A stretch of DNA of 56,369 nucleotides, filler included, from Jimgerdemannia flammicorona (lineage: Eukaryota): the NCBI GenBank assembly GCA_003990765.1. It is 3 parts of 3 records of this genome, joined end to end, with 100 filler letters (N's around TTAATTAATTAA, not from the genome) between each part and the next. Parts side by side here need not be neighbours in the genome. Positions count along the whole stretch, not along the records: positions 1 to 18,724 come from RBNJ01002125.1; 2 more parts are not named here. One strand, given 5' to 3'. Positions 1-12,625 of this stretch are shown here, one piece after another (the first letter of the stretch is position 1; each line of letters begins with the position of its first letter). The position numbers and the translations under genes are program-made. Below the pieces are notes generated by a model, which was not told where the DNA came from, did no database searches, and saw only the letters and a program-made list of their open reading frames with translations.

Positions 1-1150
1 TTTGAATGGTAGTCTAGAGCTGGTGGACTTTTAGAGGCAGTTAAAAATACTTTAAGACTAGTGAGGTTGTTGATTAGCAGAACTAGGTGTAGATGGTTGG
101 AACTGACTGGCTATAGACAATTGGGAGGTCAGGTTCTACTTCTATGGTAAGACAAAAAAGGATATATGAGGTTTGCTTCAAGTTAGAAGAATTAGTAGAT
201 TGTATTATAAGGGGTTCTGGTGGGATATTGTAGAGGCCTGGCTGGCAATAAGACTTACTGATCTAGAGCTAGGTGACAAAGAAGACCTAGAGCAGAAATG
301 GTAGTAACTAGGAGATCTTCATATTAGTGGCCACTGGTTGGCAGAATACTCTCTGTCTGGAGCAATAAAATGGATCAAGACAGGCCCACTGGAGAGGTGG
401 TCAGTTAGTTGGCAGAAGGCTGGGTTTGATGAAGATTAGGAGTAGGGTCAGATATGGCAATGAGGAGACTCCTTACTCAAGATAGTTCTACCAAAGCTTT
501 GGATAGTATAGTAGAGATTCTTAAAGAGGAATGTAATGTTGGGGTACTGGACAGATTAGATAGAGATAAAAGGTATAAGAGAATATAAGTGGTATTGTAA
601 AATAGATAGTAGTATAGTACAGATATCAGAATATATATTGGTAGTATATCTAGGAATTGAAGAGTATTGATAGATATTGTAAGAATATTGAAGTTATGAG
701 GGTAAGCAATTAGGAGACCCCACTAGTCAGATAATTAAGAGATGACTAGTAGGAGAGATCAGAGATATGTGGGAGAGACTTGGGCCATATCCTTGATGTT
801 TAGATTCTGATAGTGATATACTGAAGATAGGTGTTTAAGAGAGATTCTTGAATGAGAATTGGTGAGTTAGTGGAGTGGTAGAGATGGTTACTTCTGAGAG
901 TGGTGTGAGGGTAGTGGTTTCAGAGAAAGAGGTACTAGCTAGGAGCTATGAGAAAGATACAGAACATTGTATAGAGAAGTTATAAGCACCTAGTGCTGGA
1001 TAACAGAGAGGTACAGTAGAGAGAAAGTGTGGGCTAATGGGCTCTACTCTATACCTTAGATATGTAGTAGTTATTATATAGTAGCTATTGGATGGGGTCA
1101 TTGTTATATTAGATATTTAGATAATTAAGTAATAAAGAAGTCCAAGTGAC

Positions 1151-1217
<67 letters not shown>
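1..1217 (+). mobile_element. Heavily decayed 3' end of an L1/Tx1-like LINE with poly(A) tail
   Basis: Ends AGTCCAAGTGACTAT + poly(A) (1154-1217), the same terminus as the LINE ending at 25974; G-rich sense strand; no intact ORF. Confidence 0.8.
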
Positions 1218-1221
<4 letters not shown>

Positions 1222-1354
1222 TATATCTATTCTCATTATTCAACTACTTAAGGATGCAGGGGAAGTTCGAAATTTCCCTGCTTAAATTTGAGGCTTTGAC
1301 AAATTCACGACTGGACTGCCTGGTGGTGTCTTACAGCGCGGGGAAATGTCAATT

Positions 1355-1770
1355 AGACATTTTTCATCATATCTTGATGAAAAGACATCCAATTTTAATG
1401 ACCTTGGGCTTGTTAGAAAGCCCTGAATCATAGCCTTCCAGAAAACATTACGGCTTCAAAATTGGTTAACATTTCAGTAATATATGTTCATAAAAAGACA
1501 TCTGATCTTAATGATCTTAGGCTTGTTAAAAAGCCCTGAATAATAGAAATTTACAGCTTCAAAATTAGATAAATTTTTTGGTAATATAATTATGTTCGAA
1601 TCAAGTTCAAATCAAATTGGCATTTGATTCATTGGGAGCACTAGTGACAACATTTTTCATCATATCTTGATGAAAACACATCTAATTTTAATGATCTTGG
1701 ACTTGTTGGAAAGCCCTGAATCATAGCTTTCTAGAAATCTTTACAGCTTCAAAATTTGATAAATCAAATT
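1355..1770. repeat. Three imperfect ~100-bp direct repeats, probably subterminal repeats of a DNA transposon
   Basis: Unit ...GACATCYRATTTTAATGAYCTTGGRCTTGTTRGAAAGCCCTGAAT...CTTCAAAATT at ~1375, ~1495 and ~1675. Confidence 0.8.
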
Positions 1771-1886
1771 AGCATTTGATTACCTTGGCTCAAATTCTGC
1801 TTTGCAATTTGATCTAAATATTTATTTATATTCACTCTTGTATTCTTGAAAGTTTACAACCTTCTTCCATATATATTGTATAAAAT

Positions 1887-4510
1887 TTACCAAAGATCTT
1901 TCCTTTTTTTTTGCCAATCTAATATCTTTGTACTTTTAGTTTTACTTACATTGGTAATTCTAGAAAGACATCTTTCATTCTTTCTTATAATAAAAAAGCT
2001 ACATCTTTCATCATCTGGTACTACAGTTCTCTTGTACTTTATTTTTTTAGTATTTTCTTGCTTATTTTCAATATAACCATCATTGTCTTGTGGCTGTACA
2101 GTTGATACACATTGCTTGATAAACTTCTTTCTATTTGTAAGATATTTTTTTCTTTTTGCTGTTAAATTCAACTGTCGCATTTATTCTTCTTCTTTAGTAA
2201 GATATAAGAAAAATTTATTAGCATTTTCAGAAAGTGATATATATTGAAGCTAAAATACTTCAATTACATATTGTGGTTCTTCATTCCAGTATAAATCTGC
2301 TTCATGAATTCTGTTTGTAATATATTTGAAGTGTTTGAACTTGTGTTCAGTAAAAGTAAGCCACTTGTGATATAAACTTTCATTTTGATTTGTTCCATGA
2401 CTATTTATATAAAAATCACAATCATCAAGTAATGCATGCATAATCTTCTTTATGCAGTCTTGAGCATCCTTGTAGATTTGATTTTCACTTTCAGTAGCAT
2501 CTAATTGAGGCTTATATAGTTTGTCTTGTGTCAGTGGTGGAATTTGAATTGTAATTGGTTGAATAATATGATATAAAGTATCTGCAGTAATATAGAGATA
2601 TTTTGATAATACCATATTGTTCATGGTTGATATCTCTTCTCCTAATTGTTCATGAGGAATTTGTAAATAATCAGCTTCAGCTTCAACATAGTCATCATCT
2701 TCATTTTCATCATTTTCATTAAGTTCTATATCTTCTTCTTCTTCTTCTTCTTCTCCTTCTTCTTCTTCTTCTTCTTCTTCTTCTTCTTCTTCTTCTTCTT
2801 CTTCTTCTTCTTCTTCTATATCAGTATCAGTCATTATACCAATAAGAGTATCAGCAATATTAACAATATGAGATAAATTCTCAACTGTTAAAATATTGTT
2901 AGCTTGTTGATTCTGTAAAAGCTCCTGTATAATTTATTGATTGTTTTTAGCAATATCCCAGATATGATAGAAATTCTGTAAAGAATTATCTATATTATCA
3001 GAGTTATTACTATGTGACAAAATAGTATACTTATATTCGCCAGTATTGAAAGAAATTAATGTTGAGTTATTTTGTTCAAATTCATAAATAATGTTGAATG
3101 GTTGACTGATTTTATATGATGTTGATACTGATTGTAATTATATAATATCACCTTTGCAGATATCATCTAAATTATCCACAGCTTGAAATAGGGATGTTGT
3201 TATATTGAGAATAATATCTCTAAATCGACGAGAACATCCATCAGTATAGTTCTTATGATTATTATAGAAGATATGTTGTTCCAGATTTTCTAGTAGTCTC
3301 TGTAGATTAGATTTGTCACCTTTTTGATGAATGTTCACCATTATACATTGAGTATAATTTCTAATAATTGGTTCAGCAAACTTAGCTAAAGCCAAGTTTT
3401 TTCCACATTCAGCAACAATAAATTTTCTTAAATTCTTCTTTTTGTGAGCAAAATCACAGATATTGAGCATTATTTCACCATTAGGAAAAATTCCTTGAAT
3501 TTCTTTAGCTTTTTTGAAAGCTTTTGCATCTGCATCTGTATAGAGAGAGTGAATCCAGAGCTTTCTTCTTTTTATTTCTTCCATAGCATTTATCAAAACT
3601 TTTCCTGCCATTGCATTACTAGATCTATAAAAGTTTTGATCTCTATGAGATTGAATTATCCAATTTCTACTAGAGTCTTTCTGAGGTATATCAATATTAT
3701 TTCTAGAGACAATACTTGTTGCAATAATTTAAGATTTCGAATTTAGCTCCTGTCCTTGTACATACCATTAGAGTTCCAGTACAATCTTGTGCATTTCGCC
3801 AATGTGTCCAAGCTTCATCCCATGTAGCTTGCATAATAATATTATTATTTGCAAGTAAAGTACTATATTTTTCTCTACTTTTTTGTGCTAGCAATCTACA
3901 GATATTTCCATGACTTTGTTGTTGTTGATGAAAGGTTTTGTTGCTGATAAAAGGAATATCCATTGCTGTAAAGAATTTTCTCATTTCTATAAAATCTACA
4001 GTTGCAATAGTAGCAGTAGCAACAACTCTAGCTTGAGCTAATAATTGTTTTTTTTCCTAGTTCCAGTAGGATATATCTTTGGTCCTCTATCAAATATACT
4101 GAATTTTCCACAGTTTGTACAAGTGAATGTTAATTCTACAGATGATGCATACCTTTGCTCATTGCAATTAGTACAAATGATTGATTTTTTTGCAAAACAT
4201 TTGTTGTTTCTATAGCTGAAAGTTTCTGTAATAAAATTGATCAATGTTTGCTAACTAATAATTGCCATTCTTGATTCTTCAATAATATTAATAGACTGAT
4301 ATTGTTGTTGCTGATTATGTCCTGAACAGATAAACCTTTTATCAGAAAGTTGTTGAAAGTTTTCTATCATCTATTTTGGTGATATAGGTTCAGAGCAACA
4401 AAGATGATATTTTATAAATATTTTGTAAAATTCTGTATCAAGTCCAAATAACTTTGGTCTACTAATACTTTCTTTCAATGCTAAAGTCCATGGTCCTGAT
4501 GGTTTCCTAC
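1887..4510 (-). pseudogene. Disrupted DDE transposase, Kolobok/'Mutator-like' (PF20700-type)
   Basis: Collinear fragments: CxxC..CxxC zinc finger (ICTNC..CTNCG), WDEAWTHWRNAQDCTG, YTDADAKAF, CDFAHKKKN, HIFYNNH, HGTNQNESLYH; several stops/frameshifts; internal (GAA)n poly-Glu tract. Confidence 0.7.
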
Positions 4511-4771
4511 TTTCAAATATCTGATTTGTTGAAAGATTATGTACTGAAAAAAATGGTTATCCCATTGATATAGAGATACTGAAAAAAATATTGTTGGTGA
4601 TCTTTTTCTCGCTCATATATACCTGCCCATCCATCTCGAATAATATATTCTTTATAATGTTCTTTAACAATTTTCCCGAAATTTGTAATGTATATAGAGT
4701 GTCCAATTATTGTCGTCAGTTTATAGGCATCAGCAATATCTATGATTTAAACAACAGGTAAATGCAGAAAA

Positions 4772-5330
4772 GTAGTAGAGCAGGAGAATGGTAAGCAAGC
4801 AGGAGAATGGTGAGCAGAAGAATGGTGAGCAAGCAGGCAAGCAAGCAGAAGAATAGCAAGTGAGCAGGCAAGTGAGCAGAAGAATAGCAAATGAGTAGGC
4901 GAGTGAGCAGGAGAATAGTGAGTAAGTAGGCAAGTGAGCAGGAGAATGGCAAGTGAGCAGGAAAATGGTGAATGAGCAGAAGAATGGCAAGTGAGCGAGC
5001 AGGAGAATAGTGAGTGAGCAGGAGAATGGTGAGCAAGCAGGAGAATGGTGAGTGAGCAAGAGAATGGCAAGCAAGCAGGAGAATGGCAAATAGTGAGCGA
5101 GGCGAGCGAGTAGGAAAATGGTGAGCAAGCAGGAGAATGGTGAGCAAGCAGGAGAATGGTGAGCAAGCAGGAGAATGGTGAGTAAGCAGGAGAATGATGA
5201 GTGAGCAGGAGAATAGTGAGCAAGCAGGAGAATAGTGAGCAAGCAGGAGAATGGCAAGTGAGCAGGAGAATAGTGAATGGTGAATGGCAAGCAGACAAGC
5301 AAAAGAATGGTGAATGAGCAGCATGTTGGC
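4772..5330. repeat. Minisatellite of ~19-23-nt purine-rich units (GAGCAAGCAGGAGAATGGT)
   Basis: More than 20 degenerate tandem copies; produces spurious overlapping minus-strand ORFs. Confidence 0.9.
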
Positions 5331-6000
5331 TGAGCAGCGAGTAGTAAGATGTTGAAGTGAGTGAGGTGAGTGAGTCTTGAAAATGTATGACCACCACCCT
5401 CCAGAAATGAGTGTCAAAGTATAGATTTTACCTGGCTTGAAAAAATGAGTGGCGAGACATTGGAAATGAGCACTGGAAACATATGAGTACAACTCTCCAA
5501 AAGACTGCAAAATATAGAATTTACCTGACTTAAATGGTAAGCAAGCGAGTGAGCAAGAGAATAGTGAATAGCAAGTGAGTAGGAGAATAGTAAGCAGGCA
5601 AGCAAGAGAATGGTTGGAAATGGTGGACTAAGCAGCAAGTAGTAAGATATTGAAGTAAGTGAGGTGAGTAAGCCTTAAAACTGTATGACCACCACTTCCA
5701 GAAATGAGCATCGAAAAAACTGCATCAGAAACATATGAGCACAACCCTCCAAAAGACTGCAAAATATAGAATTTACCTGACTTGAATGGTGATATGGGCA
5801 AAGCTATGATGGCTACAGGTCAGTGAGGCTATAGTAATACAGTGAGGCTATGGTAATACAGTGCAAAGTTACAGGCAAGGCTATGGGTGAGGACGGGCAA
5901 AGCTACAGACTGGGCAAGGCTATGGTAATGTGACAAGGCTACAGATGAGGCTACGGTAATGTGGCACAAGGCTATGGAGGCTATGGATGACAGTAATGCA
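5330..6000. repeat. Duplicated ~200-bp block followed by GCAAGGCTATGG-type tandem repeats
   Basis: 5330-5540 matches 5630-5790 (TGTATGACCACCAC..CCAGAAATGAG; CCAAAAGACTGCAAAATATAGAATTTACCTGACTT); short repeats 5790-6000. Confidence 0.75.
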
Positions 6001-6669
6001 GTAATGTGGTGAATGTGCTCTGGCTGAAGGTAGTTATTCTCTAAGCCCCCATATGCTGATTGGTTATTATTCCTCATATCGACCACATATTGACTGCAGT
6101 GACCACATTTTGCTGCACTTTCTACTGCAGGGCTTTTTTGCTGGTATTCAAAGGGTGGCTCTACAGGTCCAGAGAGGTCTAGTGCTAACTAATGATTGGG
6201 GGGTGGCTCTGCCCCTCAATCCATGCTGTCGTACATCTATTCTCCCAGAGACAGACCTCTCACAGCTGGTCTCTGGCGCACTCTAACTGAATCCTCAATA
6301 GAGAATGAGCACATACACACTCTGGCTGAAGGTATATGTGAGCTCTGTGAGCTGTATGAGCTGTGTGAGCTGCTTCTCCTATTTATTTTTCTGATAACTA
6401 CTGAGGCAGACCAAACTGGCAACCCACCGAGGGATGACCAAACCAACAGCCACACCAAGGCAGACCAAACTGACAATCATACCAAGGCAGACCAAACCAA
6501 TGATCATAGACCAAACTGAATACTTATCTCAACTTGCTGCTCAGTACTTGTCTCAACTTGCTTGGTACTTATCTTAACTTGCTGCGCAATCTCTTGCATT
6601 CTAACTCACAGCTTAATCCCTAACTCGCTGCTCACTGCTTGCATTCAAGAAGTCTGATTTCATAAATAT

Positions 6670-7088
6670 TCGGCACAGGAGAATTTGGCAGAGGGAACTT
6701 TGGCAGAGGAGACTTCAGCAGAGGGGACTTCAATAGAGGGAACTTCGGCAGAGGGAACTTTGGTAGAGGGGAATTTGCAGAGGTGAACTTTGGGGACTTT
6801 GCCAAGGAGACTTCGGCAGAGAATTCGGCACAGGGGAATTCGCAGAGGTGAACTTCGGCAGAGGCGGAAGAGGACTTCACCAGAGGAGACTTCAGCAGAG
6901 AATTCGGTACAGGGGAATTTGACAGAGGGGAATTTGGGGAATTTGGCAGAGGGGAATTCGGCAGAGAGGAGGAGAATTTGACAGAAGAGAATTTGGCAGA
7001 GAAGACTTCGGCAGAGGGGACTTCAGCAGAGAGGACTTCGGCAGAGACTTCGGCAGAGGGGACTTTGACAGAGGGGACTTTGGGACTT
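6670..7088. repeat. Minisatellite of 15-nt units (TTCGGCAGAGGGGAA/C)
   Basis: About 27 degenerate tandem copies. Confidence 0.9.
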
Positions 7089-7578
7089 TTATATTTGTTC
7101 TATATATTGAGAGTTTATAAATACAACATGAACATGATATTTTTTTTATTTTTTTATTTATATAATATATATAATATATTCCATGAGAAGTTTCTCAATC
7201 TGTGTAAAGCATTTGTACTTCTAGTATAATATGGTAATTGACCAAGATAATCCATTCGGGCTTTATATATAGAACTTATTATTTTCAATGTTCTATGAAT
7301 TCTACATTCTTGCTTTTGCCAGATAAATTTGCTTGAATACCATGAAATATATAATGGAAGAATTCTGACTCTATGATAGCTTTTATCTTGCTGAGATGTT
7401 GTCTCAGAAATTGCCATATTAGTCACAATAGGCCTCTGAGCATTTATGCATATATTGTAGTAAAGTAATAGACTTTTATCAATATGCTTGATATTTACTA
7501 AATATTTTAAAAATAAGAATTATATTAAATTTCAAATATATAAATATAAAGATAATATTATAAAAAATATATATATAC

Positions 7579-8519
7579 AAGCTTGCAGTGGTTTTGTTAT
7601 TAGAAATTCAATTACTGATAATATCTAAAAAAAAATATTATTAATAAGAAATCACAACAATTTATTTTATATTAAAAAAAATAAAATAAAATAATAAAGA
7701 TTTATACCTTTTTTTGCTCAAGACACTCAAAGATCCACTGAGGATATATGATATAAATATGCCATTTAATAGCATATTCATACTTCTTACTATTTAAATC
7801 TATAGCAAGAAGGTGTGTTGTTTGATGATAGTAGAGATCATCTTGAAATATTCCTCCAAAATGCTTTATAACTACTTTCAACATTTTTCGAAAATCTATG
7901 AAATGATAAATAAATAATTGCTTCAATTAGAATTCCACAACCTAAGCTGACCTGTAGACCCAGGGGTTTATAAAATCTGGAAAAATGACTGACCCTACAG
8001 TACAATGGACCCAAAAATGACCAACCTGGCTTTGAACCCAAATCTGTCTTTGAACCAAACCCGAACCCAAGGTTTGATCTGTTAATTTGAATCCAAACTT
8101 TTAAATTCGATTACTTGACGAAAACATGTCCAAATTTGGTGGTCTTTTGACCATGGGATTCGCCTAAATAAGGCGAATCCAAAACAGCAAAGATCATTGA
8201 ATTTGGACATGTTTTCGTCAAGTAATTGAATTCAAAGTTTGAATTCAAATTTCAGAATATAATCGAATTAATGGGTCAAACCTCAGATTCAGGTACAAAG
8301 ACAAGTTCAGATCAGGTTCAAAGATGGGTTTGGGTTCAAAGCTGGGTTGGCCATTTCTTGCATCTATTGTGCTGCAGGGTCAGCCATTTTCTGGGTCGTG
8401 TTTCAGGTTCTTCAGGTCAGGTTTGCAATGCTCTAGCTTCAATATATAAAATATATACCAGGTGTAGCTCCAGTGGTACAGATGGAAATGCTGCTGAGAA
8501 AGTTGTGAGGAATTGGCAT
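7579..8519 (-). CDS. Spliced BRCT-domain protein gene (5' exons; 3' part uncertain, possibly decayed)
   Basis: Exons 8519-8459 and 7895-7708 with a GT-AG intron give MPIPHNFLSSISICTTGATPDFRKMLKVVIKHFGGIFQDDL..TTHLLA..SKKYEYAIKWHIYIIYPQWIFECL, a canonical BRCT; a probable small third exon near 7625-7579. Confidence 0.7.
7928..8435. mobile_element. Palindromic (foldback) hAT-type MITE in the BRCT gene intron
   Basis: 8-bp TSD GCTTCAAT (7920-7927 and 8436-8443); TAG...CTA ends; the two arms are imperfect inverted repeats around the central hairpin GGATTCGCCT-AAATA-AGGCGAATCC. Confidence 0.85.
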
Positions 8520-8583
8520 AATTTGTAGAATGGACGGTGAGAAAGGTTGTATGTTTATTATTGATTGTAACGCCACATGATAT

Positions 8584-8629
8584 GGGGCGTGCTGCAACAA
8601 AACCAGACAAAGTGAACATTTGACGTCAC
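8584..8629 (+). repeat. Left TIR of the Sola-like element
   Basis: GGGGCGTGCTGCAACAAAACCAGACAAAGTGAACATTTGACGTCAC, preceded by ATAT. Confidence 0.9.
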
Positions 8630-8733
8630 AAACTGTGGCGTGTGTGATACGTCAATCGCGCAAATACACCACCCATTAAGCGTCAAGTTAAGTATACATT
8701 GAATTCTATGCCTTACGAACTCGGCGTTCAGTA

Positions 8734-8932
8734 GGCTTGTAAAGCCTGAGGGGATTCGCCTTCCATTAGGAGAGTGCGTCTTCTGCCTCTGTGTGTCGTC
8801 GCTGAATTGGCTGTATAGCGGCTTTCGAAAGATGCCTAAGGTTCTGGTTCTCTGATCCAATGTTTCCGGGGCTTGTAAAGCCTGAGGGGATTCGCCTTCC
8901 ATTAGGAGAGTGCGTCTTCTGCCTCTGTGTGT
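8734..8932 (+). repeat. Perfect 63-bp direct repeat pair
   Basis: GGCTTGTAAAGCCTGAGGGG...GCCTCTGTGTGT at 8734-8796 and 8870-8932. Confidence 0.9.
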
Positions 8933-9097
8933 TGCTAGGAAACAGCTGCATTCGTGTCCTTTATGGACTGATGTAGCGGTCTTGGTTGTCTGGAGGAAGT
9001 TTCGGGTCGAAATGGAAATGCTACTTCGTAAGATACAGAAAACATTCACTAACGGCTTTTTGATTAAATTTGCAACTATACAGCTCCAAAGCAATAG

Positions 9098-11558
9098 ATG
9101 GTTTGTATCAGTTAAATTTAACGGTTAAAATTTTGCTGCTATCGATTTTATTAACATATTGCTTCAATTTATATCACTAGGCAGATCCCGTTCAAATTTT
9201 AGAGGAGGTTTTGGCGAAAGGATGTGGCGCTGTAAAATTTTTCGGGAAGATCAATAGTTATTCATTTGCGCAAAAAGAACGGGCTGAAAAAGTCTTTCTT
9301 GACGCATTGAAGGAGATTGCATCAAGGAATGGAGAACAAGCTAAGAAAGCTAGAATTCTGCTTGACACATTCGATGACCACATTAACTCCACTCCTGTCC
9401 AACGATTTTGGGAAGAAGTACGTTTACGAAACGAGGAGGCTGCAACTCGTCGTGCCCAACTTATATTGGCTGAAAAAAAGGTGAGTAATAGGTCATCTTA
9501 AAATAGACCGCGAAGTAATCATTATTATATACTTATTTATTGTGAACTATCTAGAAACAACGGGTTTTCTGTATTGATTCCGATGTAGCAGAGGAGCATA
9601 TTAGTTCAAGTCATCGATTATTATCAGAATCAAAGGTTAGTAAATGCAGCATCTAGTGCTCCGATTGGTTGAGTCAACTATTGATTATTCTCCAATGTTA
9701 CAGGCCAGAGGAACTCCGTTTGATGTCTCTTTCGACGAATACGTTGATCTTGGCTTGGAACGAAAAAGGAAACACTCTGTTGATAATATCCCAAGTGATG
9801 AAGAGGATGGTGAAAACAGTGTCAAAGAAGTTACAAAAAATCACTTCGAATTTGGCAAAACTTCACCGGAGCCAGAGGAGCCTGCTGGCAGTTCGGAGGT
9901 CAATGCCATTTATCGGGCTTCAACCCCAAGCGGCGTAGTGCCGGCCAGTGGCACCATTCCACCGTTCTCTGTTGCCTCAACAAATATCACAGATGAAATT
10001 GCCACTGGCACTGACGAGGAAGAATTCAACAACGAGCACCGGGCTCTGTTCGTACATGCCTATGGTGAGCTCCTGGACGAGCACAAATGGCGTCTGCGCT
10101 CGGGCCGGGTTGTCGAAGACGTCATGTTTGAAAAAGGATTAAAGTTCAGATATGTTAGGTAGGTCAGGCAGCCATTCTGATCTATGACTATGGTTCAATC
10201 AATCTCACAGGGTATTTTGCCATTATTTCAGTAACATACATAGCTTTTGCTATGTTGCCGGGGACCCAAACATTACTGGACTTTTCACTCCCGAAGAACG
10301 GGAAGAGATTGAGGCAGAGCCGAAATCGATCCAGCCCTTCATTGCCAATGGCACGTTCCACAAATTTTACAACAAATTTGCATCTTGTGAGACGGCAAAC
10401 GATCTGCGAAAATTGCTTTATGGCACGAGCCATGAAGAGCTTTTGTCGGATGGCCCATTGCAAGGAGAATCCTGGCATTGCCAAATGTATCACGCCTTTT
10501 TGACAGACATGTAGGAAAATGTCATTCACGTTGTTTGCCTTGCATTGCATTCAGTCTATTTCTAATCATATCAAAGTCTGTTGCAGGACGGACGCATCGA
10601 TTGTTTCCGTGAGGACTTATCGGAGGCATGGCTATTGGCAAACCCATTCCATGTGCTTCAACTGATGTTCAATGACAAGAAAAACGTGTTTTTTTTGCCG
10701 TAAGTGCGGTTCTTTCCTGAGGCATGCATGTTTCTCCGGAGGCTGATGTGTACTGATATTATTGTTTGTAGCGGCGAGAAATGCGGCATTGCCGTCGGAG
10801 AGAGGAAAAACAAACAGAGGGCTTTGCCAGGAATGAAGGAAATGGCGAGGAAAGCTGTTGGCAAAAAGGGTGATGGCTATGTGCGGCTTTTCGATGGCAC
10901 TGCCAAAGACCTTGCGGCAACTGAAGCTGGTGCCCAATGGAAAGGAGCAAAGGGAACGAAACTGATGGTGGAGAGCTTGGGCACATTGCCAAAGGTGCTG
11001 CGTGACATCTGGATGAGCAACGTCCGACGTGCTGGGGAGAATGAACGCGTTTTGCGATCTCTTGCTGTGCCTGGCCTTGCCATATACGGACCAATGGTTG
11101 CGTTTCTCCTGCTTGACTCACCCAAGGGGTACGTAACGAGATGCTTTGTGAATGACTGGAAGGAGCTGTCTACGACAGTATCAAAAGAAACGCTCAAGGC
11201 CAATGGCAGAGTGTTTCTGGACTTCTTGCTGACACGGGTATGTATCCTGATGCCATTTTGTTTGGCTGTGTCATAATTCTTTTCTCAGATTGTCCGATAT
11301 CCGTCTTTGCTCAAATTGTTTCGAAATCCCCAGCTGCATGTACTCAGGAACGAGGATCTCATTGTTGGCAATGCCAAGTCATCCGAGGGCGAGGAGGAAG
11401 ACGAAGATCCGGGCCTGGCTTTGCTTCAGGAGTTTTCCTCTCCAAAAAGGGCTCCCTTGGCAATGCCATTGTCGCATCCGACGCCAAAGAGAAGGAAGGC
11501 GTCCGTTCCGGGCAATGCCTGCGAAAGGAGGCCATCCGCTTCAGGCAGTGCCATGTAA
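9098..11558 (+). CDS. Intact 8-exon gene, ~658 aa, with a C-terminal restriction-endonuclease-fold (PD-(D/E)XK-like, Crinkler-REase-type) domain
   Basis: Manual splicing of 9098-9100, 9181-9480, 9555-9635, 9704-10158, 10232-10510, 10577-10699, 10772-11237, 11289-11558 (all GT-AG) gives an open frame of 1977 nt; motifs KWRLRSGRVVEDVM, HSF, LSEAW, GEK..ERKNKQR, GKKGDGYVR..ATEAG..GTKL..LPKVLRD. Confidence 0.75.
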
Positions 11559-12188
11559 ATGTACCGCTTTGAGATCTCGTTTAGGACGTTGGTAACCATG
11601 TGGCCATAAAGCAGAAGAGTCGGGTCAATTGGAAAAGGAGATCATGTCTGTTTTGCACTTAAGAATTTGAACTCATGGAATACAGATCCCTTGCATTAAA
11701 TATAAATATTGTCGGATGCACTCTCCGAGTACACTAAAATCTTGATCTTTGCTGAGTCAGTATGTGGGCTCCAGATAAACAGTTTTATAGTCCGTATGCG
11801 CCAGACTACTCCTTTCTGCGTGTGGATAGAGCCTAAATCCTAAGTAGTTCCTAAGTCTTGATTGGACAACTCCTCTTGAGTTTCCTGGTCTTCAGTGCTT
11901 GAATCACAATAGCAAACACTCTTTTGTTTGGGCCAAGCAATAGCGAAGCTTTATTGAAAAGAAATAAAGAGATATTTATACTACTTGAAGGTAAACTCAC
12001 TCCTAACAAAATAAGAAAATAGCGCAACAGTGGCATTATGCCAGGACATGGTGTGAGGACATGGACCATGCCATTTTTGGATAAGTATATATAAAATTGA
12101 GATAAAAATAGAAAATTCAACCGCAATACCACAATATCTTAGCGATTGTCAATTTGTACATGGACGAACGAATTCTTCGCAAATTCAA

Positions 12189-12625
12189 ATGGCTGGACCA
12201 ACGCGATCTTTACCTTACCGTCGATGTTATATAATGACGATGCCAAATGAACTGCTTTCAGAAATCTATGCCAGTTGCCGGGACACCTCATCGCAAAGCG
12301 CATTTCGCCAAACCTGCAGAGGATTTTACCAAGTATCACGGATACCAGTAGAGTCCGCATGCACATTGCACAATATCGTCTTGATGAATACAAGCAATCA
12401 GTTCGTCGGGTAAGTATATAGATTAATATACAGGTCGGAAGAACTAATCATATTTCCTTTATCTTCTAAGGTATACAAAATAAATGACTACGTCGTCCAC
12501 CATGCTGCAAAGCTAGGAGATGTCAATGTTGTCCACCTATTACTGCAAAGCAACCCGATCCTTACTACTTTACCGACAGGATGGACTCGGAGGTTGCCCG
12601 TTCACTGCTCACAAAGTGTGCATTT
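12189..12625 (+). pseudogene. F-box-like + ankyrin-repeat gene fragment
   Basis: MPNELLSEIY..FRQTCRGFY (F-box-like); intron 12410-12470; then VVHHAAKLGDVNVVHLLLQ (ankyrin-like); needs a frameshift near 12345 and is truncated. Confidence 0.55.

Noticed and set aside
1146..1433. Poly-Lys ORF
   Set aside because: Translation of a LINE poly(A) tail
4730..5510. Three overlapping 190-256-aa minus-strand ORFs
   Set aside because: Artefacts of a stop-poor minisatellite
6632..7229. Short repetitive ORFs or a CRISPR-like array
   Set aside because: Contiguous 15-nt tandem units with no unique spacers and no cas genes
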